A stretch of DNA of 64,000 nucleotides, taken from assembly GCA_977017575.1 (NCBI GenBank), contig CDRNVI010000044.1, positions 926,759 to 990,758 on the forward strand, in the 5' to 3' direction. Of the stretch, positions 32,497-40,806 are shown one piece after another. Position 1 is the stretch's first letter, and every line of letters begins with the position of its first letter. The notes under the pieces were generated by a model. That model searched no databases. It was not told the DNA's origin and saw only the letters and a program-made list of their open reading frames with translations. The DNA is from Paramoeba atlantica (Eukaryota > Protista > Discosea). The translations under genes were made by a program, and so were the position numbers.

Positions 32497-33102
32497 TCAC
32501 ACCGTCGACCGCACCTCCAAAAACCGCTTCAAATAGCGCATCTGAAACAGCCCCATCCCCACCAGCACCGCCGCCTCAAAAAGCGACCAATACAGCAAAT
32601 ACTCCGCCGTCTCCTCCACCGTGTCCCGGTGCAGCCTCTCCGTGACCCTTAACGCTCGCTGCTCCTCCTCGAGCTCCGCTAGATCCTCATTCAACGTCAT
32701 CACAGCACGCTCCACGGGGTCCACATCCGAGGCTTTCGCAATATGGGGGTTGTGTCCCCTGTGGACATAAAAACTCATCCACTTCGGGGTCCATTTGGAG
32801 TGTTCATTGGAGAAACACAGCGCGACCAAGCGATCGGTTTTGGGGCGATCCGACCACTTCCCCTCGGGCTCCGCGTTCCACTGCTGGATCACCACCCCGG
32901 AGTGCCCCTCCTCGACGGTCACCACCACATCCAGCTGTCCCCCCGCGACCGCCTGGAACTGGAAGGAGGTGTGGGTGTTGGAGGGGATCTGCTCCAAGTA
33001 GCACTCCTTGGTGCGGGGCTCAATGCGTGTGGTGAGGCAGTGGGTGGGGGGGAGGAGCGAGAGGAGGAGGAGGAGGAGGGGGAGGGGGAAGGGAGGGGGC
33101 AT
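32497..33102 (-). CDS. p24/emp24/gp25L (GOLD domain) cargo receptor
   Basis: Signal peptide, IEPRTKECYLE, GGQLDV, LCFSNEHSKWTPK, coiled coil, TM (WSLFEAAVLVGMGLFQMRYLKRFLE). Confidence 0.92.
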   Translation of the reverse strand: MPPPFPLPLLLLLLSLLPPTHCLTTRIEPRTKECYLEQIPSNTHTSFQFQAVAGGQLDVVVTVEEGHSGVVIQQWNAEPEGKWSDRPKTDRLVALCFSNEHSKWTPKWMSFYVHRGHNPHIAKASDVDPVERAVMTLNEDLAELEEEQRALRVTERLHRDTVEETAEYLLYWSLFEAAVLVGMGLFQMRYLKRFLEVRSTV

Positions 33103-33190
33103 GGGAGGGGAGGGGAGGGAAGGGTGAAGAGAGGGGGGAAGGTGGGTGTTGGGTGGGAAAGATGAAAAAGGAAAGAAAAGAAAGAGGTAA
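33103..33190 (-). promoter_or_regulatory. Polypyrimidine tract upstream of the p24 ATG (probable trans-splicing signal)
   Basis: Plus strand is almost pure G/A with a few T, so the sense strand is C/T-rich. Similar tracts precede the genes starting at 43367, 54272 and 57103-57166. Confidence 0.5.
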
Positions 33191-33956
33191 AAAGGGGCGT
33201 TTCTACACAGCTGGAAAATCGAGTACGTCTAAGGGCAAAATATTTTTCTTTTAACCTCCTTTTTTTATTTATTAATTAATTAATTAAATGCACTAAACAA
33301 GAAAAATTGTGAGCTTTATCCCCGTTTCGGTTCTGAGCTCGGAAAAAGATTTCAAATTCCTTCAACATTGGATTACAAGAGGTCTTTAATTGCATCATAC
33401 AGCACAGTCTTCTATCACTGTGTCATCCAAGGTTCCCAACTACAGGATTCGCATACGATTTGATGCGGTTAGACATCTTGAAGCCTATGCGAAGAAAAAT
33501 GATAGAACGGAGTCGTGTAAGTAAATACGATGCTTAATCACTCGCTTAGATAATACAAAAAATTTTGTTGCGAAACTAATGCAAAATTGAGAAAGTAATT
33601 TCGAGCACGTCTAGACATTGGGTGACTAAACTTTATACACACAAGTACACAGTACAATACGATGTGCTAAATCTAGTACGGACTTCTCTTTTCGTACCAG
33701 GATAGTAAACACCGGAGTTTTTCAACGTTGGCAACTGGCTCACATGTTTAAGAAGACGACATGTCGAAGGATTTGATTTAGCGATCGCGTCTCAGGTTGT
33801 TCTCCTAAATGAGCGTTGAGTGAAACACGCTCTGTATTTGAATGACATGGGCGACGCGTATGGCCACATCACCCATGGCACTCTTGTTTCCTTGCGTCAC
33901 AGGCTCCGCCAACTTCTCACCAACAATGGATATTCGTATTCGATGCAAAAGAGAAA

Positions 33957-34275
33957 TACTACCCCCCCCCCTATTTAATAGGACTCCGATTTTGGGCAAA
34001 ATGTCCTTTTAAAGGAAGGGTACATGGAAAATAATGTGAAAGAAAAAAAGTCGGCGCCGCTTCGCAGCGCCTTTTTTTATCGTCGTTAAACACGGTCCTG
34101 CTCCTTTTGATACACTTTTTGTTGCTGGGGTAGACACGAAAAAGAAAATCCGCCCCTTCGCGGCGGATTCGACAAACTTTTTGATCTTACCTGAAATCTA
34201 TTTTGGCCTTCCAGACAAAATAGCCCTATTAAAAGGGGGGTCGCACGTAGCCCTATTAAATAGGGGGGGATAGTA
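33957..34275. mobile_element. Putative 315-bp MITE with about 23-bp terminal inverted repeats and TA target-site duplication
   Basis: TA(33957-58)-CTAC10TATTTAATAGG(33959-82) ... CCTATTAAATAG7ATAG(34252-73)-TA(34274-75); subterminal TAGCCCTATTAAA x2 (34221, 34248); two internal GC hairpins. Confidence 0.55.
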
Positions 34276-34959
34276 TGTGTCTCACGCAGCGGCAAAAAGA
34301 GTATCGAGTCAAGTTTGCCGAGATGACCCTCGGGCAAGACTCAACCTTATTCGACCGTTTGGTTTTCTCTGACGATTTCAGCACCGATTTTAGCAGGAGA
34401 TTTGAGCAAGAAGGCATGGCAGCACCCTGACGCCCGTCTTTTGGATCGTAACTCGTTACACATCGTCCAACGCAAATGATGGTGCGCGATGCATTTGAAA
34501 GATTTGGAAGTGCGTTCAAAGAATTTTATTGCTCCTACATTGCATCAGGTGGAACAGGAGCCATTTCACCGAACAAGGGTTTAAGAAGTTTATACCGTAT
34601 ACCCCCCAGTAATAGAATCGATTTTGGACCCAAATGGCCAAATCTCTGTTACTGTGAAGGTTGGTAGTCCTAATCTGGGCTTACCCAGAGAGAGTCCACC
34701 AACCCGTCATTATCACGGCGCAGTAGAATATGTGGGTAAAAAATATTTTAGAAAAATCTATAGGATTCTTGAAAAATCCTCTCATTCCAATAATAAATTA
34801 AGTAGCGTCTGGACATCAATCTCTTCTTAACTTTCAGATAGTGTTTCGTCTTGACGAAACCTCATCAAGCACTACCTTCGGAATCGTAAAGTTATCCATA
34901 AAAAATGGAAAATTCTTTTTCAAAAGATTTAGAAAACAGTTTGTCGAACATAACGTTCA

Positions 34960-35027
34960 TTACGCCCAAACTTAATTAAGGCCAAAATCTGGCTTTGGGC
35001 TTAATTTTAAGTTAAGTTTGGGCGTAA
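34960..35027. repeat. Nested inverted repeat (cruciform-capable)
   Basis: Perfect 16-bp arms TTACGCCCAAACTTAA (34960-75) / TTAAGTTTGGGCGTAA (35012-27), with an inner AATTAAG..CCAAA / TTTGG..CTTAATT stem. Confidence 0.9.
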
Positions 35028-35229
35028 CCCAGATTGAAAGGGGCGAGGGAGATACGAAGCAACAGGCGTGGCAGATTCCCACTGAAAAGAAATGGTATCT
35101 CCCCGCACGAGAAAAGCATTTGCGCTTGCTAGCTCGGCTAGCTTCCACAACATGGCGATCTGTAACAACACTCTCTAAATGGAACACCAGTGCAGCCACT
35201 GGTGGCGCACGGTCTCTCATGTGGGTGTT

Positions 35230-35940
35230 TCATGTGCAGCCACCTGCACCCACGTTCCACTATAGCTACACACTGCATCAATACAGTCACCGCCTCACGT
35301 GGCAGTACACTTACTCTCGCACTTGCCACTGTAGCTACATTGCATTACTGCAGTCACTTCCTCACGTGGCAGTGCACTTACTCTCGCACTGTGCAGTCAC
35401 TGACTCTCTCACGCGCCACTGCATCTGCACTGCGTTCACTGCCTCACGTGGCAGTACACTTACTCTCTCACGTGCCACTGCATCTACACTGCGTTCACTG
35501 CCTCACGTGGCAGTACACTTACTCTCTCACGTGCCACTGCATCTACACTGCGTTCACTGCCTCACGTGGCAGTACACTTACTCTTTCACGTACCACTGTA
35601 CTTACAGTGGTAGTGCACTTACTCTCGCACGTGCCACTGCAGCTACACTGCAGTCACTTACTCTCTCACGCGCCACTGCGTTCACTGCCTCACGTGGCAG
35701 TACACTTACTCTTTCACGTACGTGATGCAGCTGCACTGCAGTCACTTCCTCACGTGGCAGTGCACTTACTCTCGCACGTGCCACTGCAGCTGCACTGCAT
35801 CACTGTGCAACCACTGCCTCACATGGCAGTGCACTTACTCTCTCACGTGCCACTGTACTTACACTGCAGCACTGTGCAACCACTGCCTCACGTGGCAGTA
35901 CACTTACTCTCTCACGGGCACTGTAGCTGCACACTACCAC
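35230..35940. repeat. Degenerate minisatellite, 59-bp unit
   Basis: Consensus CACTGCCTCACGTGGCAGTACACTTACTCTCTCACGTGCCACTGCATCTACACTGCGTT; near-perfect copies about 35437-35600, rearranged copies either side. Confidence 0.95.
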
Positions 35941-36109
35941 TCGGACCTCCTCATTATTTTTCTCTCTATATATATACAAAATGCAAACCGTGTTTTTGGT
36001 GGCCAGCTGGTCACTTTTTCGAGAAAAAAGTCTGAAAAAAAATTTGTTCCGAATTTGTTTTTTTGGCGATCTTGAGCAAATAAATTTTTTTTCGATTTTT
36101 TTAGTAAAA

Positions 36110-36186
36110 TGTCGATGTCGGGAATCGAACCGCGGACGTTCAGCGTCAAAATGGAACCCCTTTACCAACTGGACTACTCAAAGGAC
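36110..36186 (-). pseudogene. tRNA-like element with intact Pol III box A/box B but degenerate cloverleaf
   Basis: Box A TAGTCCAGTTGG (36176-36165), box B GGTTCGATTCC (36131-36121), tRNA-like spacing, TTTT immediately 3'; acceptor, anticodon and T stems have multiple mismatches. Confidence 0.6.
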
Positions 36187-37555
36187 GCTCCTTAGTCAAC
36201 CAGTTTGTCGTATCGCAGACCTTTGCACACGCAATTATTTTTACGAAAAATGTTCTAAAATTTGGGATATAAGGTTGTTTTAGATGATTTTTAGAGTATT
36301 TAAGAGTTCATCTAATGACCTACTGCTACGTTTTGGAATTTTGAAAAAACTCGATCTTATGCTTCTTTGGCGATCTTTTTCAGTTTTTGGAATTAACCTT
36401 AGTAAGCGAGTTAGATACTCCTCACTCAATTAAGTTTAGACCGGTATTATAAATTGTAATAATTTTTTCAGGTGGTTAGAACATTTTCTCAACCTTTTTT
36501 TTCCTCAATTCGAATAACAAAATTTCGTCTTATTTACGCCTACATCATATTCGCGTTTCTCCAGAATATGTGCCAACGAAAGACAATCATGCTGATGCAT
36601 GGAGCCGCATCATTACTACACTTGGCGAGACGGAGTTCACAAACTTGCGACTGGGTGGGGACCTCCGGTACCCAGTCGTTAGTTTTTGTAATCCCCTTTC
36701 TTTCATAACTCTAAAGTTTGAATAATTTCCATGCTATTTTTCAAATTGAGCAACATAAAACACACGCAACCAGCACTAGAAGCTTGCGAAAAGACTTGTA
36801 GAATGAACCTTTTTAGTTATAGGGATGATACATTGCCGACGGGCATTGTACGTCGTAGCTTCTATATTGACACAAAGCATTATACAGTGAACTGCAAATA
36901 GAACGCATTTTTATCCTTCTAAACCTTTCCTCTGTCCGACGCGTGGTCCACTGATGAGCATACTACTCATGCTGAGCATGAAGGTGATGGAAAGTGGTGA
37001 AGATACGTTCTTCGATATTCTGGTCGCAGAGAACGAATCAATTTCGGCCACTTACCCCTGTGATCACCTACTACGATCTCGCCGGAAAAGTGAATGAGAA
37101 CATGGTGTCAGTTTCTCGAACAAATGACAGCTTTTTCAATGTCACTCGTTTCGTGTGCGGTGTGCAACCGACCCCCACTTCTCGAAAGCACCATCCTTCG
37201 CTTGGTCGATGGTCGAGGACATTTTCTTTTGTATTCCCGAATGGATTGCATTGCATGGGAGAAGCGAAAGAACAGTGTTCGTGACTTATAGAGGTCATGA
37301 ACTGATAGAAGTGACTTATAGAATACTTACCAAGCTGACTTTCAACCGTTTTTGGTTCATGTCGCGAAAGACTTGTTTCAGTGTGGTGTCAAGCTGTTCG
37401 ATATATCACAGTACGAATGGGTAAGTTATCTTCTGTGCTCTGAACATGTACATGCTGTATCCCTAGATAGTCCCACATACATGTAGGTGTCGGCTCATAC
37501 AGCTTTGAGAAAAGACTCATGATACGCTCCGAGCTAAATCACATATTTCGTACTA

Positions 37556-37834
37556 CTATGGTTTAGTTAAGTTTCTTGGAGGCACAATCCATAATGTGGA
37601 ATCAGGAAAACCGTAGTACATTGTCAAGTACCATGCTACGAAGATCGGTATGCTACAAATGAAGGCTATACCACTCATTCTAGCATATTTTTGAACCACT
37701 AGGTCTTCGGGATGTACAGTACGAAAAAGGAAATAGTTTGAAAACCACAACCAAGGTGCGGCAAAAAATCCACCGTAGAAATAGGCGCGTGCAATGTAGC
37801 GCGATCTCTCGAGTGTCAGGGGTCGCGAATACAT
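37556..37834 (-). CDS. PEN2: Gamma-secretase subunit PEN-2 homologue
   Basis: 92 aa; ARAYFYGGFFAAPWLWFSNYFLF resembles PEN-2 ([23 protein letters not shown]); second hydrophobic helix present. Confidence 0.78.
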   Translation of the reverse strand: MYSRPLTLERSRYIARAYFYGGFFAAPWLWFSNYFLFRTVHPEDLVVQKYARMSGIAFICSIPIFVAWYLTMYYGFPDSTLWIVPPRNLTKP

Positions 37835-38274
37835 GATTTCGTCTGATCTCTATTGTGCTCGGATCGCTTAGCAAAAGATAAATATAATTTGCACTAAAAA
37901 TATTTAAAAAAAAACAGTTCAACATTTGTAAGTGTCGATAGAACACGTTTACATTGGCATAGAAAACATTTTCTCTACAGCTCATACTCTTTTTTTCAAA
38001 AGTTGACACTGCATTGTCGAATATCATTACGTACATCTATTTCAAATATCGGTCGCGCTTCAAAGCACAACAAATTTAGAGCACATTTCTTGTAAAGCTA
38101 ACTGTTTTTTTTGCTTTAGTCTTTTTTTTGCTTTAGAAAGCAACACAAGAACGTTAAAGGCAACATTGCCTAACTACGAAACTTTTAAAATCAACTATCC
38201 GCAGCACACATCTTTCTTTTCCTCACCTGTCAAGGAGTGCAATCTTTTCGTACGATGCAATTCGGTGAAAGAAT

Positions 38275-40581
38275 CTAAATAACTTTCTCCTTACTCTCCA
38301 GAACGATTTCTTGCACTCGAGTATTTTCCACGAAAACAACGCCGTGTTTCTTCTCCAAATTTTGTTGCAGTTTCTTCCTTTCCAGCGTCTTGGGCTCGTT
38401 CTCCTTTCGAATTTCATTGATCCACTTGGTAAACTTTTCCATCACGGCGGCTTCCTTGCTCCGTGCCTCCTCTTGGTCCAGCAATCGTCGTCGCTCCTCC
38501 GTGGCTTCATATCGAGCTACGTACTCATCGATGTGGTCCCGAATCTCCTTCAACCGGCCCATACCGAGTTGCGTTGGGGGACGAGGACGCCACAGAAAGT
38601 GCGAAAACTTCTCCAAGTCCTGATGCATCAGCAACTGACCTAGAAAGTTGTAAATACGGAACCCATTGTCCAACTCCGTGTGATGTACGGAGACCGATGT
38701 CAGAAAATACCGCCCGGAGTTATCCCACATGGCATCTGTACAACTAAAATGTTCCTGGACCTGTAGCACCGTGACATTGTCATTTTCTACCTTCAAAAAC
38801 TCCAACATCCCGTTCGCATTCTTCGCCACAGCATGACTTCCCAACGGTGACCACAACACCTCCGAGGTCTCCGTGTCCTCCCTCAGTGCCATCACCCGGG
38901 CCCGGCCCTCCGAGAGTCGATAAAACCCTTGGCGGTGCTTCGTCTTCTTCTCCCCTTTCTTCATAGTGCTGGTCACACAAAACCGGGCCCCCTCTCGCCC
39001 TTCGGGGTCCCACACCACCTCCATCACATTCCCCTCGACCTCGATTTGCTCAATATCAACTTTACGCCCGTGGACACAGTACAGGTCGATTTTATCCCGT
39101 CGTTGGGTACCGACACGACGCATGAGAACCGCACAGTAGGCACGATCACTGCTACTCCCCGTACTCCCCCCCGTACCCCCATAACGACATGAGCTCCTCG
39201 GTTGCCACTTCATGCTCACCTCCTTGACCTCATACACCGTTCGGTTGGATAACTCCTGGATTTGACTCCCCGCTTTAATCTGCTGCACAAACACTTTGGT
39301 CATTTGATCCCCCCCGGGGCGCGAGGCCGCGCTGACGACACTGTAGAGCAGCACGGAGGCGACCGGCGCCCAGGCAAAACACAGCGTGGCCTCTTTTTCG
39401 ATTTTATGAATCGAGACCGGGGAAAGCTCGCTCATCGCACAAAGATACAGACTCGCCTTGGTGCGCTGCACAAAGAAGTCCTCCGAGGCGTTCCAATGGA
39501 AGAGCGGCCAGGAAGCTTCATTGTGGCTGCTGTTACTGCTGCTGTTTTCCTTTTTACTCATCTTATGCTCACTCTCACTCTTGTCTTCGCTCTTTTTCGG
39601 CTCTACACTCTGCAATGGGTGGGGCCCGAGCGCTGTGGCAAAGGTCCGTAGCTTTCTTCCTTTTTCAATATCCCACAGTGTGGTGCATTTCGTACACGCC
39701 GTGAGGGCATACCGCTCGCTGGGGGTGACATAGGCACGACGGAGCTTGGGGTGGTTGAGCCGAAGCACGAGCTCCCAGGGGGGGGTGGGGGTCTTACTAC
39801 TGCCTTGGTCCATCGCGTTCGTCCCGTGTTCGTTGTTGGGGTCCCGAAACGACCAGAAACCTAAATAGGAGGGGTGCAGCGTGAGGACGTAGGAACCCAG
39901 GGGGGACCACATGGGGTAGGCGGGCTGGACACGGCGGGCGGAACGGTCGAATGCGGTCCACTCCGCGGGGGAGGGGGGGAGGGGGGGGCCGCGGGTGGAG
40001 GCCTCGGTGGGGTTGGGGGGCGGTCCCATGATGGGGACGGTTTTCACCACCATGTGGGGATCATGCCAGCCCCAGAGGATGTCGTACCCAGGACCGGATT
40101 TCAGGAGGAACTGCTCCCGGCCATTGGGGTCACGGAGGAAGGTGTAGGGGAGGTCATAGGCGACGGGGGGCTCGGTGTCGGGGAGATTGGTGTCGAGGTT
40201 TCTTTCAACATTCTCGGGGGTTTCGTTGAGGTACGTGTCAAAGTCACCCCACTCATTGGCAATCAGTCGGCGCGTCTTGTCCATAGGGAGGTCGTTGAGT
40301 TGGGAGACTGCTTTTTGTGCCTCAGCGCGGGAGCTGCACTCGACAAACATGTAGCCCAGGGAGGCGTGGGTGAGTTCGTCTCGCATGAGGTCGGCACGTT
40401 TCGGAAAGACACCGTGGTCGTTCATGAGTTTGGTGATCACACGTAGAAAGTTGGGTACCATCCCGCCAACGACTTTGGGGAGCCCGTCAAGGACAAAGCA
40501 GTTAGACATGTCACGGAGGCTGCCAAGGGAGTCCGTCTTCGTCTCCGACTGGTACTGTTTGAAATCCGCTGAAACAGACAT
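38275..40581 (-). CDS. eIF3b: Translation initiation factor eIF3 subunit b
   Basis: N-terminal RRM (FVLDGLP...LGYMFVEC...LNDLPMDKTRRL), beta-propeller (WSPLGSY, WSPLGSH, WDNSGRYFLTSVS...DNGFRIYNFLG...FLWRPRPP), C-terminal helix. Confidence 0.92.
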   Translation of the reverse strand: MSVSADFKQYQSETKTDSLGSLRDMSNCFVLDGLPKVVGGMVPNFLRVITKLMNDHGVFPKRADLMRDELTHASLGYMFVECSSRAEAQKAVSQLNDLPMDKTRRLIANEWGDFDTYLNETPENVERNLDTNLPDTEPPVAYDLPYTFLRDPNGREQFLLKSGPGYDILWGWHDPHMVVKTVPIMGPPPNPTEASTRGPPLPPSPAEWTAFDRSARRVQPAYPMWSPLGSYVLTLHPSYLGFWSFRDPNNEHGTNAMDQGSSKTPTPPWELVLRLNHPKLRRAYVTPSERYALTACTKCTTLWDIEKGRKLRTFATALGPHPLQSVEPKKSEDKSESEHKMSKKENSSSNSSHNEASWPLFHWNASEDFFVQRTKASLYLCAMSELSPVSIHKIEKEATLCFAWAPVASVLLYSVVSAASRPGGDQMTKVFVQQIKAGSQIQELSNRTVYEVKEVSMKWQPRSSCRYGGTGGSTGSSSDRAYCAVLMRRVGTQRRDKIDLYCVHGRKVDIEQIEVEGNVMEVVWDPEGREGARFCVTSTMKKGEKKTKHRQGFYRLSEGRARVMALREDTETSEVLWSPLGSHAVAKNANGMLEFLKVENDNVTVLQVQEHFSCTDAMWDNSGRYFLTSVSVHHTELDNGFRIYNFLGQLLMHQDLEKFSHFLWRPRPPTQLGMGRLKEIRDHIDEYVARYEATEERRRLLDQEEARSKEAAVMEKFTKWINEIRKENEPKTLERKKLQQNLEKKHGVVFVENTRVQEIVLESKEKVI

Positions 40582-40806
40582 TAAAGAATTTTGCGAAGTT
40601 GTGGATCAATTCCTAGAAATTCTTGATTACAGTAGTTCTGGTTGATATTGTTCGATAAGCGTAGCTTTGGAGATGCATCAAAACACTTTCTGCATTCTGT
40701 ATGATGAAAAGGTGTTGTAAAATACGATGTTTCAAAAGCATTAAAGCAAAATACCGAACTTATTTAAACCAGGAGAAACAAACATCCTTGTGATTCTTTC
40801 AAAAGA

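Noticed and set aside
34043-34078. Bacterial rho-independent terminator or bacterial contamination
   Set aside because: The shape fits, but there is no bacterial gene upstream and the flanks are kinetoplastid-like genes; it is better explained as part of the MITE.
35230-35940. CRISPR array
   Set aside because: No unique spacers, repeat units are contiguous, no cas genes, and the context is eukaryotic.
35018-36035. 235-aa and 281-aa ORFs
   Set aside because: They are products of the 59-bp repeat, giving periodic peptide in several frames with no domain.
36110-36186. Functional tRNA (e.g. Gln-TTG)
   Set aside because: Acceptor, anticodon and T stems do not pair; kept only as a tRNA-like A/B-box element.
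36970-37424. Short plus-strand ORFs (36994-37284, 37094-37291, 37155-37424)
   Set aside because: No recognisable motifs, overlapping frames, antisense to the cluster; a decayed gene cannot be excluded or supported.
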